Shown: positions 37,697 through 53,049, numbered from the whole stretch's first letter. The stretch is DNA of 63,887 nucleotides, filler included, from Octopus bimaculoides (GCF_001194135.2; 6 parts of 6 records of this genome joined end to end with filler, not necessarily neighbours in it); one strand, 5' to 3'. Translations and numbers: made by a program. The notes: generated by a model from the sequence alone, not told the origin.

Positions 37697-40189
37697 GTCG
37701 TCTGCCACTACGTTCTGAGTATAAATTCCGCCGAGGCCCGACTTTGCCTTTCATCCTTTCGGGGTCGATAAATTAAGTACCAGTTGTGTACTGGGGTCGA
37801 TCTAATCGACTGACTCCCTCTCACCAAATTTCAGACATTGGGCCTATAGTAGAAAGGATTATTATAGTATATTTAATTGTTAATTATTATACTATTATTA
37901 TAGTTGTTGTTATTGTAGTATTGTCGAAGGAGGTGAGCTGGTAGAATCGTTAGTGCGTCGGACAACAATGCTTAATGGCATTTTTTTTTCCCGACTCTTT
38001 ACATTTTGAGCTCAAATCCTGTTGAGATGAAGTTTTCCTTTCATTCTTTAGTAGTCGATAAAATAAAGTATCAGTCAAGTGCTGGGGTAGATGTAATCGA
38101 ACTTACCTCCTCCCTTCAAAATTGCAGGCTTTGTGTCAAGGTTAGAAAGAATTGCGAGAAGAATGAGTAAGTCGATTACATCGACCTCAGTGCTTAACTG
38201 GTAATTATTCTATCGGCCACGAAAAAAAAAAAAAAAATGATAGGCAATGTCAACCGCGGCGGAATTTGAACTCAGAACATAAAGATAGACGAAACGCCGC
38301 TAAGCGGTTTTGCTCGGTTTGCTAACGGATTTGTCAGCTTGCCGACCTACGTACTGAATACTATAACTAAACATCTTTACTTCTCAACATAGTCATCCAC
38401 TCTTCCAAAGGCAGTGTTCCACCTACGAATTGGGGCATGTATCCAAGCTTGGTAGAAATCTGCTGGCTGCTGACTATGAGTGGCTTTACTACTATAACTA
38501 TTATAAGTTATACTAAATAAACTGAAAGTGTTGTAAAGAATTGGCTACGTCAGCAGCCAGCTGAGTTTTGCGAAGCTGGGTTATAAGCCCTTATTTGTCG
38601 GTGAAAGTCTGTCATTGAAAGAGTTGGTGACTGTTGAGAACTACGGGTGAGAACCTTGGATGTGTTATTGTATTTTGATGTACGTTATGTTTGATTGTCT
38701 TCCTTACTTTTCGTATTAAACAAACTGTATTACTTTTGACTCACCATCGTACATTAGTATAATATTAATTAATATTATATTGGAGTTGTTGTTTTAAAAT
38801 TGCTCCTCCGTATAATACCAGAAAAAATATCTTACAGTGTTTAGTTACATATTTTTCTCCCCTAAATTCTAATCTTCCTGTGGTTGATTTTCTCTTTCAT
38901 CTTTTCGTGCTCAATAAAATAAACACCAGTTAGATACCCTGGAGAGTTGAAGTAATGGACTAAACCCTCCCTTAAGACAATAAGCGTTTGTATTTTGTTT
39001 CTTTAATACTAAACATGAAAATTGTGTTTTCACAATGGGACATATGCTTTAAATCTAAGACGATAGGAAAGCTGTTTCATTTGATCGGGAGGAAGCCACA
39101 TGATTATGGCTACAAAGTTACACCTCGGTCTTTTGACAAAATGGTTGCGTGGTGTTCAATTCCATTCAAATGTTTGCTATTTTTAAGCTGTGCATTACCC
39201 AAGTGTTTGTGTGTTTCTAACGCGAATAAATTGGAAATGGCGAACTTGAAAATCTAAATCAAAAATTTTTATCAACTATTAGCAGAGAATGAGTAATGGG
39301 AAGAAAGGCCTATAACAGTATCAGATACACGAAAGTGTTTCTTCAATACGGGAAGTTCAAAACGTGTAATTTGATTTTAGATAAATTGAAAGCATTTCAC
39401 CGAGCTGACCCCCTCTCTATCGAGTGGCTGTACTAACTTCTCGAGTCTAGATAGCTTCATCACACACTAATATCTGATCATTGTTTCTGAATAGTAAATG
39501 GCTACGTTTCGGACGCGTCGTTCTGCAGAACAGCGCCTAAACTAAGATAATTTTCGCTAAACTAGAGAAGCTACAGTAATAGATGCTGGAGTTGAACAGG
39601 ACAATCTGGAGGATGGTATCTTGACAGCCTACAGAAGTAACGTCATACCACCTAGGTTTTCAGCCAGTTTATATGTATTGTTATCCTTATTCAAAAGAGC
39701 GCCATTCCACTGATTGTAAACTATTCTCAGCAACACATTACAGCTTATATCTTACATATTTACACTTTATTTTCTCTACTTCTTTCGCTGCTGCTTTAGC
39801 AACCCTTGCTCCTTTAAATTAGCAAAACTGCTTACCTTTTCCACCCTTGAACATCCAGCCTACCAGTCTAATCTTCTCCCATCACACTTTCTGCAATACA
39901 ATTCCCAGACGTGGCACGAAATCCTTCGCTCAATCTCGCCATTATTTAGAACTATCCCCACATTTCCCCTCATGCCAATTTCTTTTGCCCTGCAGACGTC
40001 AAATCTACAGATGTTCAGAATAAACATCTCTGCACCAATCACACCAGCTTGAGTGGGTTGTAGACTAATGGACATTGACCCCTCTCTTTTGGACTATCGC
40101 ACATAAAAATACATACATGTCTGCATATGTGTGCATATGTGTGCATATATNNNNNNNNNNNNNNNNNNNNNNNNNNNNNNNNNNNNNNN

Positions 40190-40243
<54 letters not shown>

Positions 40244-40285
40244 TGTATGTATCGGGAAAGAGAGAGACAGACAAACAGACAGGCT

Positions 40286-40326
<41 letters not shown>

Positions 40327-41359
40327 GTAGGTAGGTAGGTAGGTAGGTAGGTAGATACAGAAAACATAGAAGGATACAAAGAGCGCGGGTGGGGAGGAAT
40401 ATATAATTAAAACTAACTTCCTGTGCAATCATTCTATTTCTTTCATTTCCTTGTTGCTATTAAAAATGGAGTCGTTTGCTGTTGTTGATTTTGAATGACT
40501 TTTATCATTTTCTTTCTTCTTTCTTCCATTTCCTTTTACATTTCTTTCGGAATTTTTTTTCTTTACCACGTCCCAGTTTCCCGAGGAAACTAAAACGTTG
40601 GCCCTTTTGATTCGCGTTAATCCTGTCATTCCCACCCATCTTCCATAGCATTTATACCACGATAAAAAAAAAATCCTCCCTCCCTCTCTCTCTCTTTTCT
40701 CTGTCCCTCTTCTTCCTCACCTTTCACATCCAGTGAAACTTGAAGAAGATGGCAAACATAATTGGAAAGGAAAAAAACATCTGACCTTAGCTCTTTTGGT
40801 GTCGTGCTCTTTAATAGCATTTTTGCCATATCCACAAGACATACAAAAACTTCCTCACCATTCTTGTCAAAAGAATGAGCCGATAGAATTTGTTGGCTGC
40901 TGGATCGGGCAGTTCTAAACAAGATGCCAAACATTCAACAAAAAGAATCTACACATGCTCAACTATTGCATGGACGCTAGTTTCACGATTTTACATACGT
41001 CAACAAATATCTTGGCCAAGTCTTCCATCTTATACTTTTCTTGAATTGGTCGTTCTCTCTCTTAGGTGGCGATCGTCCACGACAGGCACTTTTGATGAGC
41101 TCCTACTCTTGTCAGATCCATCAGACCTAGAGGTAAGCTTTAACTGAGATATACAACGTGGTCGAAACACTGCGGTTGTCTCAATCAAAGTTCCGTTGCC
41201 TCGGTGTACCGAACAATCACATGTGTTATGAAAAAATATCAACTAAAAGAAAGAGATGATTTATGATGAAAAATAACACTTTCAAATCTTCAAAAATGTA
41301 TTAAAAATGAATAGATCGCCTGAAAAGAAAAATTGTAAGGTACATTCTCATAGATGTGG

Positions 41360-41665
41360 AGGCGCATGGCCTAGTGGTTAGAACAGCGGACTCGCGGTCA
41401 AGGGATCGTGGGTTCGAATCTCAGAACGGGTGATGTGTGTGTCTATGAGCGAACAACACCTAAGCTCCACGCGGATCCGGCAGAAGGTAATGGCGAATTT
41501 CTGCTGACTCTTTCGCCACAACTTTCTCTCACTCTTTTTTCCTGCATTTAGCAGCTCACCTGCGGCGGACCGGCGTCCCGTCCAAGTGGGGAACCTGTAC
41601 GCCAATGAAACTGGGAAACCGGTCCTTATGAGCCAGGAATGGCTCGAAAAGGAACAAACAACAAA
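41360..41665 (+). mobile_element. SINE family C with a tRNA-like head
   Basis: TGGCCTAGTGG A-box, GGTTCGAATC B-box, then a non-tRNA body and an (ACA)n tail. Confidence 0.8.
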
Positions 41666-42354
41666 AACAACATTCTCATCGATACAAAAGTTTCCTTTAA
41701 GTCAGATGCAAGTAACAAGTATGGAAACACCTCTGTCACGAGCAAATAACGATTTTTTATTTCTTAAAAATCAACAGTGTGCGATACAACAGTGTGCGAT
41801 TTATATCAAATTACTGTTTTACTNNNNNNNNNNNNNNNNNNNNNNNNNNNNNNNNNNNNNNNNNNNNNNNNNNNNNNNNNNNNNNNNNNNNNNNNNNNNN
41901 NNNNNNNNNNNNNNNNNNNNNNNNNNNNNNNNNNNNNNNNNNNNNNNNNNNNNNNNNNNNNNNNNNNNNNNNNNNNNNNNNNNNNNNNNNNNNNNNNNNN
42001 NNNNNNNNNNNNNNNNNNNNNNNNNNNNNNNNNNNNNNNNNNNNNNNNNNNNNNNNNNNNNNNNNNNNNNNNNNNNNNNNNNNNNNNNNNNNNNNNNNNN
42101 NNNNNNNNNNNNNNNNNNNNNNNNNNNNNNNNNNNNNNNNNNNNNNNNNNNNNNNNNNNNNNNNNNNNNNNNNNNNNNNNNNNNNNNNNNNNACGGATGG
42201 CGATATTTATGGCACACATAGAACAAAAGACCGGAGGGAAAAGCACAAACAAAACAAGTCTTTAGTTAATTGGATACGAATCGTTTCATGGTTAAGTGAA
42301 TGAAAATTTCACTATTCCAATCTTCAGCCCAAATATTCTGATAAATTTGAAAGT

Positions 42355-42423
<69 letters not shown>

Positions 42424-43541
42424 CGGGTTTTTGTTCGTCGACTAAGAAAACTCTTAGACAACTGACTGCACACCTGAAAGACCATCAGTTATCTGTAAGG
42501 CAAATCCCAGTGGATGAGAGTGGATCGCATTTGCTTACTACCTACATTACACCTGCGTGCTCTTACGAATGTGGAAACTAAATAAGTAGCTGTATTTCTG
42601 GGCTGCTAACGTGCACGTTACTCCAAGACCCTGAACGAAAATGCAGTCTATTCGTGTCTCTGAGAAATCTAAGTCTTGTACTAGAATGAAATTATAGTAC
42701 TGAAGGGCTGCGCGGGACGATCAGCCTAACTCTCTCGTTCCTGAAATCTAGGACCCATGGCAAGGATGCAGCGGGATATCTAGAGCGATCTACGTATCTT
42801 ACCGTCACCTGAGGTGTACGTCACACAGTGACGTTGTTGGATATTGTCTTTGTATTCGTTGCAATTGGACCATTAACGATGGATTTTTTTTTCAGTACAG
42901 AATACCGGAAATATCCAGTCTTTGCATAGATACGGTGGCAAATCTTTAATAGTTTTCGCAGCGAGTTTCAGACTATTCAGCTACGCTGAACCTAGTTTTG
43001 TTGGTCATCCGATACTGTTGGCCAGGAGTTGGTACACCACTTCATGTAGGCAGTTCGTGAAGTCGAAGAAGAGAGCTGAGTGCCAGATGAGATCCAACAG
43101 CAGACAAAATGTCCTCAAAAGTTCTTCTCTTACTCCCTCCGTTACGCAACATCTAAATAATCAAAGAAAGATGGACTTCAGAAACGTGTTTAAAAATGGA
43201 GATTATATTTCCGACAAATATGGCTCCAATTTGTAAAACACGCCGGTATAAACATACACTATACATTGCTACACGCGCGCGCAAATAAATTAACAGATAA
43301 GGCATAGCGCAGGTGCGTATACCTGGGAGAAGTATGGCGTCAGTTACTAATAGTTACATACATATATATATATATGAATGCATATGCGTATGTGTGCGTG
43401 CGTGTGTATGTATGCAAGACTATATATATGTGTGTGAAAGGATACATAGATAGCAAGATGTATAATTAGATTGATGAACAGATAGGTATATATATGTTCC
43501 TATATGTATATATGTATATCTATCTATTATCTATATCTATT

Positions 43542-43585
<44 letters not shown>

Positions 43586-44729
43586 NNNNNNNNNNNNNNN
43601 NNNNNNNNNNNNNNNNNNNNNNNNNNNNNNNNNNNNNNNNNNNNNNNNNNNNNNNNNNNNNNNNNNNNNNNNNNNNNNNNNNNNNNNNNNNNNNNNNNNN
43701 NNNNNNNNNNNNNNNNNNNNNNNNNNNNNNNNNNNNNNNNNNNNNNNNNNNNNNNNNNTATATATATATATATATATATATACATATATATACATATATT
43801 TTTGTGCGTAAATGCAACTCCACCTTCACACATACACAGACACATATGCATATATATATATATACATATATACACGCACATACATACATACATACATACA
43901 TACATACATACATACATACATACATACATACATACATACATACATACACACATTCATACAGATATACATACGATGCATATGTGTCTGTGCGTCTTCATCT
44001 TTGAGTATATGTGAGCGTGCATGCGTGCGTGCGTGCGTGCGGGCGCGCATGTGTATACACGCGTGAGTATGTGTTCGCATGCATGCATGTACGTTTTAGC
44101 AGCATATGCATGCTTGGATGTGTATGTTTGCATGTCTGTACTTTTTACTTACGTGTCATTGACCTTTTATTTGAATTAACATATATATAATTGAATGCAG
44201 AATTGAGAAAAAAAAAATCTGATCTTGTTACATCATAATAATTGCTTTTAACCCATTTAACGTCGCTGTGAAGCGGTTGTATGTAAAGCGATGTTTTAAC
44301 CCAGACTACAACTCACCGCTTATTTTTTCTTCCTCTCACACTAAAACGCTATCAGCTAACAACATACCATGTCTGCGATTATATACAGCTGGGTATTTAG
44401 TTAGATTTAGCTTCAGCTGTATTCTTTCTGTGAGTAGACATGTACTCTCAAGGTCACTTGCCGCTTTCTTTTTTTTAATATTTTAGTTTATTTTCTAATG
44501 TTTTATTTTTGTATCTATTTATTTAGTTGTATTACGTACGTACATACATACACACGCATGTAAATATGTATGAATGTATGTATGTTGTATGTTTTCTGCT
44601 TTCGGTCTTCATAGAGTTAACGCTATGACAGCTCATAACTATTATCAATGTCTGAAAGATTCATGTTACCAAGAACAGAAAGACGATTTTTGTGTAAATT
44701 TCTGTTGAGGCAAGTAATTTAATGTGACC

Positions 44730-44770
<41 letters not shown>

Positions 44771-45802
44771 TTTTAGTGCTACAAGAGAGCATCGAGAGTA
44801 TATTAATGCACAGATGTACCAGCAGACAACAAGATAAACGGTTCGTATCCAGCCAACGGCTTTGAGTTGTTTGTATTGCTATTCTTTCAAGGCAGCGAGT
44901 CGGCAAAATCGTTAACACGTCGGACGAAATGCATGGCGGCATTTTGTCCGTCTTTATGCTCTGAGTTCAAATTCCACTTTGCTTTCTAAGATGATGAACA
45001 GGTTCTGTTATTCTTTAGTTCCACCAAGTGACAAAAAAAAAAAAAAGAAAAAAATCAACCGAAGCAAACAGTGTATCCCCGTGGATCAAAGAAAGGGTTA
45101 CGTTCGAAATTCCGATACAACAACCGAGTTCAGCACAAGACACCTGAAAAAGGCTGGAACGAACAACAGCCGAATTGCAGTGAAAGCAACAATCAAGATA
45201 AGAACACCAGTCTGACTAGCATAAGCAGTATACATAACTCATCTTGATATCAGCGCATCAAAGACTTTGTTATTTGGTGAAACTTTTCGGATACACGTGG
45301 GAAAGGTGTGAAGGGAGAGATTTGACTTTTATTTTTAACATGTCGCGTGACCTCTTGAAGGTTCCTAGGTTGTCCCGACAGTACTTCGTTGTTACTGTTG
45401 TTGTAAGGTCGCAAATCAGCCTGAACGAAGAAGTCTATCTTCAAAGGCATTTCAGTCATAATCATTCTGTCTTTTTAAAGGTATCTAGCTCTACTTTATT
45501 TAATGTGCCCTTCTCTTTTTAAGACAGTAGGATTTTATTTGGCAGCTTTTCTATAAATTCGAACGACCACGTAGATACTATGCTACATGCCTTATCTGTT
45601 AGTTTCATTGGAGTCATATTTGTCGGAAATATAATCTCCAGTTTTAAACGCGTTTCTGAAGTCAGTCATATTCTTAATTCTCGCTGTCTCGGTCGACCTC
45701 GGTCGTGAATAGCCACTTTGGGGATTTATTCCTCACCGTCGCTTGATAGTTTCACAATATTCTATCGACATCTTGACACTCCTTTATGAATAATTTCACA
45801 AG

Positions 45803-45837
<35 letters not shown>

Positions 45838-47049
45838 CATATAGGTTAGTCTGCTTATATTCAAAGCTTAACCACTTCTTGTTAGATGTGTTTTTCCGTG
45901 CATGAGCACACAAGTGGCTTTTGAATCCCTAAAGCTGTTTGAAAAATGCGTTACAAACAGTACAAATATATCTCACCTCATGTGGTACAGTGGTGCATGT
46001 GTTACCTGATTTATGGATGTTTAAATGCCATTTTAGATTAGCACGGAACTTGCATGTCTTATTACAAATTAGGCATATGAGCGTGTCTGTTGCAATGATC
46101 TTTATGTTATTTGGGCCATCTACATGAAGATGAGTTCTGAGATGTGAAGTTGAGCCAGCATTAGAAAGGCACGTATTACTACATGTTGAGCAACTGATGA
46201 ATGAGACTATCCCTGAGTGTTATATTTCTGTTGTTCCCTTTTCATTTTTGCATACTTCTTTTTTTCTCTTCTTCAAAATCTTTTACCCTAGACCAGATCA
46301 TTTTCCCCATTTATTTCTGTCAAGAGTAACAGATTCAACATCTTTGTTTAGTATATTCAACTCCCCAAGACTGATGTTTAGCAAGGCTTTAAACCATTTT
46401 TTTTCTTTTTGGTGTTCGTTGTTTTCGCTTGCCAGCAGACAGTTTGGCATGAAAAACTGCTTAGAGATGCGCTCATCTCCTATCTGTATCACATGACCAG
46501 TTCACCTGTTTATTTGGCAGAAACAGACTGGATTAAGGAAACCTTTGTCTTATAATTATATATGTGTGTGTCTGTGTGAAATTGTGTGTGTACGTGTGTA
46601 TTTGTATTTTTCATTTCCTCCTATCTTCTACTCGTAGTTTACATACACATCTTCTACTTTTCATTCTTTCTAAACAGGCACTGGTGTTTCTGGTTGTGCT
46701 GTTAATCTGTGTTAAATTTGTTACCTTGTGTCTTACAATAATTTTCATGCTCAGAGTGCAGTAGTAACTCACTCTTAGACTATTCTTGCTGAATATTTTC
46801 CTGCAATGATGGTTATGCGGAAAATGCCTATATATGAATATAAAAAAGAAATTAGCGATATTTGATCGAACGTTTAGCATAAAAAGGGTTATACAAGAGA
46901 TGATGTCAAGAGGTGGATTCTCATTATTGAAAGACAGGGTGTTAGAAATGCAAGCAATCGTATCTTTGAATCAATTTTCTCCTATGATTCTGTCACCAGA
47001 GACAAATCATTGACCACTAGGCAAATAAATAAATAAACACAAGAAATTT

Positions 47050-47620
47050 TTCAGTCTGACCTTTTAGATATGACAGCCAATACACACTTCCGTTGATACA
47101 CTAATATCTTTCAAAATAACCTTATATCTGACATTAAGAGCATTAAGAATTACAAAAACGAGAACTTTATATTCTTTGATAAAACAAATAACCTTTATGA
47201 AACAGAAAACAACACCTATAAACAATTACTTTAGTAAGAATATTACCCAAAATTACAAAAGAATAATGTAAATACTTACAATTATATAAACAATAAAACA
47301 AAACAAAAAAAGCTCATAAAATGAAACTAAATAATAGGTAGGAATGTCTAGCTAAGCATTACGCTTAATGGCGAAAAGGAAATCTTGCTTCGAATTTCTG
47401 ATGTTGACTAATTAATACCGCGAAAGTAATGCTAAGCTTAATTGGCAAAAGTACTTTCAGAAAAATGAACAAGACTATCTAGAAAGACAATAAGACACCA
47501 GAAAGAGACTAACAGCAATGCAGTAATCAGCTGAAAGATACTGACTTGTTAGCAGTACTCGTTTTTGATGTTAAGAAATATCGGAATAAGCCTACAATTT
47601 CAGTTACTACTTCCGGCGTA
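47050..47620 (+). mobile_element. Degenerate Penelope-like element (RT N-terminal region)
   Basis: FQSDLLDMTANTHFR*YTNIFQNNLISDIKSIK...FIFFDKTNNLYE...YKQLL resembles PLE ORFs (..ADKTTNLYE..); RLINTAKS follows; a YDDIL motif occurs near 48065. Confidence 0.65.
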
Positions 47621-48384
47621 AATTCGTTGAAATTCATTAAATATACTGTGGTAAAAGACTATTTTTTATAAGGTTTCACTGTGGTCAGAAAAAAAAGGGA
47701 GTAACCAGTTTAATTCTCTGTTGAGATTTCACTGACTATCATTGTCTGGTAATCCACAATGTATTTAGTCATAGAATCTTTAAATTAAACTCACTGAGTC
47801 ACATAAATGAGGTATTCTTGGAAGATAGTTCAATAAATAAATTAGTAATGCTTCAGCAATGTTCGTTTATGAGGCTACGATGTACTACAGAATAAATCTA
47901 TAGATTTCGGTGAATACTGCAAGTATAAATTTATCAATACTGCAAGTATAATTTAATTAAATTTAATCAATCATTTACTCAGGACGGTTGTAAACTACTT
48001 CGCCTCTCTATGTAAACTCGTCGTAGACAGAAAATTTATTAATCAGCTTAATTAAATTCAAAATATACGATGATATTTTATCAGTAACTGGCTACTCCTC
48101 TTTAACAATGCAGGATGTCATTGTTTTTATTACCTCAAGATTCAGGGATTCCTTTGCTAATACACCTATTTGTGTAAAGGACCCATTCTTAGCAATTAAT
48201 ATTTAGGCATTATTATAAGAGCTTCAACAAAAAATGCGAAGCAAAATTCTTAAACACACATCGAATAATTCTTAAGCATACACCTAGACAAATATAGGTA
48301 TTTGAACCTTGATAAAAAGGAAATTTGTACTTGTCCATTCAGAGTATTGAGTTCCGTGCCAAATGATGTCTGTACTATTCTTTT

Positions 48385-49345
48385 ATTCTTTCATTTGTTT
48401 CAGTCATTTGACTGCGGCGATGCTGGAGCACTGCCTTTAGTTGAGCAAATCAACCCCAGGACTTATTCTTTGTAAGCCTAGTACTTATTCTATCCGACTC
48501 TTTTGCCGAACCGATAAGTAACGGGGGCGTATACACACCAGCATCGGCTGTCAAGCGATGGTGGGAGAACAAACACAGACACACACAGACACACATACAT
48601 ACATTCATACATACATACATACATGCATACATGCATATATATATATATATATAATTTATAAAGAATATTCAAAAGGAATATTTTATTGAACTTATATTAA
48701 GTACTCTATTACTTTGAGNNNNNNNNNNNNNNNNNNNNNNNNNNNNNNNNNNNNNNNNNNNNNNNNNNNNNNNNNNNNNNNNNNNNNNNNNNNNNNNNNN
48801 NNNNNNNNNNNNNNNNNNNNNNNNNNNNNNNNNNNNNNNNNNNNNNNNNNNNNNNNNNNNNNNNNNNNNNNNNNNNNNNNNNNNNNNNNNNNNNNNNNNN
48901 NNNNNNNNNNNNNNNNNNNNNNNNNNNNNNNNNNNNNNNNNNNNNNNNNNNNNNNNNNNNNNNNNNNNNNNNNNNNNNNNNNNNNNNNNNNNNNNNNNNN
49001 NNNNNNNNNNNNNNNNNNNNNNNNNNNNNNNNNNNNNNNNNNNNNNNNNNNNNNNNNNNNNNNNNNNNNNNNNNNNNNNNNNNNNNNNNNNNNNNNNNNN
49101 NNNNNNNNNNNNNNNNNNNNNNNNNNNNNNNNNNNNNNNNNNNNNNNNNNNNNNNNNNNNNNNNNTATATACATACATACGACGGGCTTATTTCAGTTTC
49201 CGTCAACCAAATCCACTCACAAGGCTTTGGTCGGCCCGAGGCTATAGTAGAAGACACTTGCCCAAGGTGCCACGCAGTGGGACTGAACCCGGAACCATGT
49301 GGTTGGTAAGCAAGCTATTTACCACATACCCACTCTTATGCCTAT
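48385..49345 (-). mobile_element. SINE family A tail and head on either side of a gap
   Basis: Tail 48385-48590, head 49175-49345; may be one copy or two. Confidence 0.7.
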
Positions 49346-50289
49346 GTATGTATGTGCATGTATATAGATAAAACTTACTTGGAAAAGGATACGTGGCGTT
49401 CGATCATATAATAATATAAATAATATATAAATATATGCATATATCCATACATATATGTACATATCTACATCTATATGTATACATACATGCATATATGGGT
49501 ACAGGACATCACAAAAAAAAAAACGTTAAACACAATGAGAAACGAAAACATAAAAACGAAAACAGAAAACGAACTTTTTCCGAACAACGAAAAAACACAA
49601 ACAGAGAAACTAGACATGCAACATAAAGAGAATACCCCTTCGTCAGTTGTCCCTGTTCCATCTACTCCGCGTTTCGATCATAGTTATTCGTCATATATTA
49701 AAAGTTCATTAAGATTTTCAATAGGTATTGTATGAAAATACATCTCCGATGAATTTTACAAATATTAACAGTTTACTGCACCAATTGCACTCATTTCGTT
49801 TCACATTGTTGAACATTGTAGCGATGTTTTGTTTGAAATTCATGATATTCTGGACTTGTTTACACAGTGTTGTTTCTTTTATGTAAATAAATGTATCTAT
49901 AGCAAGCAAATATCTCTTTAGCCTCCTGCTATTTTTTTATATGCGCCCATGTCACAGAATAATAGTTATACATAGAATAAAAACAAGTTGATTTATGTTC
50001 ATTTCATATACATATGTATATAAGTGAATGCGCGTAGCCTACTGGTTAGGCTGGTGCACTCACGTTTACCCGGACCAGGTGGGCGCGGTGTTTTTAAGCA
50101 AATCAGTCCATCTCACGCTGCTCTGAAATCATTTCGACATCTGACGTATGGTACAGCGTGCGTCTGTACAGGCAATGTCAGTTTGTTGAAGAAAATGATG
50201 TAATATTCAGCACAAACATTTAATCATTATAAAAAAAGCCCTGTGCAGGCTAATCAGCGAGAAATTGCAGATCCCTCATCAATTACTCT

Positions 50290-50705
50290 TTACTCTCTCT
50301 TTTAATTGTTTCAGTTAATTTGACTGCGGCCATGCTGGAGCACCGCCTTTAGTCGAGCAAATCAACCCCAGGACTTATTCTTTGTAAGCCTAGTATTTAT
50401 TCTATCGGTGTCTTTTGCCGAACTGCTAAGTTACGGGGACGTAAACACACCAGCATCGGTTGCCAAGCGATGTTGGGGGGACAAACACAGACACACAAAC
50501 ACATACACACACATATATATATATATACATATGCATATATATACGACGGGCTTCTTTCAGTTTCCGTCTACCAAATCCACTCACAAGGCTTTGGTCGGCC
50601 CGAGGCTATAGTAGAAGATACTTGCCTAAGGTGCTATGCAGTGAGACTGAACCTAGAACCATGTGGTTCATAAGCAAGCTACTTCCCATACAGCCACTCC
50701 TACGC
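50290..50705 (-). mobile_element. Full-length SINE family A
   Basis: Head, short microsatellite and tail are contiguous. Confidence 0.9.
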
Positions 50706-51264
50706 TACTTGCCTACGACGGATGAAGGTTTTAAGCACAAACACATATATAGTGCGATTTGAATTGAAAAGGCAATGGAATTTTGAAATTCATTAGTATT
50801 CCCCTACAGTTGAAAGAGAAGCACATAGTGGAACCCTATTATTGTATACGTATCTTGTAGTTGTAATCCAAACTTGGGTGCATTTACAAAGATAAGGAAA
50901 AAATAGGAAAGCTTGTTCATAAAATATTTATGCATATCTTCTTATGCATCGAGCTTTGGCTACGAGCCTACTCAGAGACGTTGTGTCAGCAGAGGAGCTT
51001 GCTTTCAGTACTTTTGAAGCCTTCTCTCCGTCAAATATTAAATAGATATAAACTTAATCTAAATTAATACCGCCAACACAATCAATAATGCGGCATGTAT
51101 AAGTGAATTTACGAATGAGAATTACGCATTTCTGAAGATTTCACAATGCAATCGGAAGATATCATTTACATTATGTTCATGACGATCATCCCTTGTTAAT
51201 GAATCACACAGAAGACGATGTGATTAAATATTATATAAGCAAACTTTCGTGTTTCTGTTTCGGC

Positions 51265-51590
51265 CCGAGGCTATAGTAGAAGACACTTGCCCAAGATGCC
51301 ACGTAGTGGGACTGAACCCAGAACCATGTGGTTGGTAAGCAAGCTACTTACCACACAGCCACTCCTGCGCTTCATATATATAAGTGTGTGTGTGTGTATG
51401 TTTGTGTCTTTGTGTTTGTACCCCATTTTCACTTGACAACCGATGTTGGTGTGATTACGTCTCCGTAACTTAGCGGTTCGGCAAATTTGACCGATAGAGT
51501 AAGTCCTGGGGTCGATTTGCTCGACTGAAGGCGGTGCTCCAGCATAGCCGCAGTCAAATGACTGAAACAAATAAAACAATAAAAAAAAAA
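51265..51590. mobile_element. SINE family A reverse head joined to a forward tail
   Basis: 51265-51375 is a reverse head; 51385-51590 is a forward tail. Confidence 0.75.
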
Positions 51591-52904
51591 GGCTAAATTG
51601 GGTAACAGCACTGACCCGGATATAGTATACTTTCAAAAAAATATGAAGTTATTCATCTCAAATTTTTCGACCAAAGGAACATCAAAACTATATAATAGTG
51701 ACTTAGAACATTTTTCATTTCTAACTATCTAAAATCTGAAAAAATTAGACCGTATTTGCCGCTGTATAAGAGGCAAAAGTCAAATTCTTGAAATTTTGTG
51801 GAAAAGAAAAGTAGATATTTTTGGTCGGGGTAATATATTTATGGTTCATCATGCACTCATACATTCGTTTTTTCCATCCGTAATACCGTCGCATTAAACA
51901 CTTCGTAACTTTTGTTATGTTTAAGAATGACAAAAANNNNNNNNNNNNNNNNNNNNNNNNNNNNNNNNNNNNNNNNNNNNNNNNNNNNNNNNNNNNNNNN
52001 NNNNNNNNNNNNNNNNNNNNNNNNNNNNNNNNNNNNNNNNNNNNNNNNNNNNNNNNNNNNNNNNNNNNNNNNNNNNNNNNNNNNNNNNNNNNNNNNNNNN
52101 NNNNNNNNNNNNNNNNNNNNNNNNNNNNNNNNNNNNNNNNNNNNNNNNNNNNNNNNNNNNNNNNNNNNNNNNNNNNNNNNNNNNNNNNNNNNNNNNNNNN
52201 NNNNNNNNNNNNNNNNNNNNNNNNNNNNNNNNNNNNNNNNNNNNNNNNNNNNNNNNNNNNNNNNNNNNNNNNNNNNNNNNNNNNNNNNNNNNNNNNNNNN
52301 NNNNNNNNNNNNNNNNNNNNNNNNNNNNNNNNNNNNNNNNNNNNNNNNNNNNNNNNNNNNNNNNNNNNNNNNNNNNNNNNNNNNNNNNNNNNNNNNNNNN
52401 NNNNNNNNNNNNNNNNNNNNNNNNNNNNNNNNNNNNNNNNNNNNNNNNNNNNNNGGTCGATAAATTAAGTACCAGTTACGCACTGAGGTCGATGTAATCG
52501 ACTTAATCCCTTTGTCTGTCCTTGTTTGTCCCCTCTATGTTTAGCCCCTTGTGGGCAATAAAGAAATAAGATAGATAGATAGATAGAAAGATAGATACCG
52601 GGAATCGAACTCACGAACTCATTTCACGTTGCTTCACTTCATTCAGCAGTAGAAATGCGTTGCGGCGTCAATGGTGCCAAGCTGTATCAGTCTTTGACTT
52701 CCCCTTCGACAATGTCGGTGGCATAGAGATGGGAGGGGAGGGTGGTATGCATGGGAGACCACTGGTCTTCCGTAGATAAGGTCTTGTGTTTTAGAGGGGA
52801 ACTTTCTAAGTGCAGTCTCATGATCATTTGTGACCAAAGGGTCAGTTGCATGCATACGATTACTGGACTACGCACACGTGCTTCACGAAAACCAATATAT
52901 TGTG

Positions 52905-52942
<38 letters not shown>

Positions 52943-53049
52943 NNNNNNNNNNNNNNNNNNNNNNNNNNNNNNNNNNNNNNNNNNNNTTAATTAATTAANN
53001 NNNNNNNNNNNNNNNNNNNNNNNNNNNNNNNNNNNNNNNNNNTTGATTG

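Noticed and set aside
40786-40829. Minus-strand MAKMLLKSTTPKEL(R), resembling CHTOP's N-terminal KVVLKSTT, followed by AG|GTCAGA
   Set aside because: It lacks the conserved KMSLNERF motif, the donor is weak, and it lies 19 kb upstream across two assembly joins. The true first coding exon may be in a gap. A spliced read would overturn this.
41361-41430. tRNA-like sequence
   Set aside because: It has A and B boxes but no acceptor stem and continues into a SINE body.
45244-45522. Overlapping 92-aa (+) and 71-aa (-) ORFs
   Set aside because: No recognisable motif and no phase-consistent partner exons identified.
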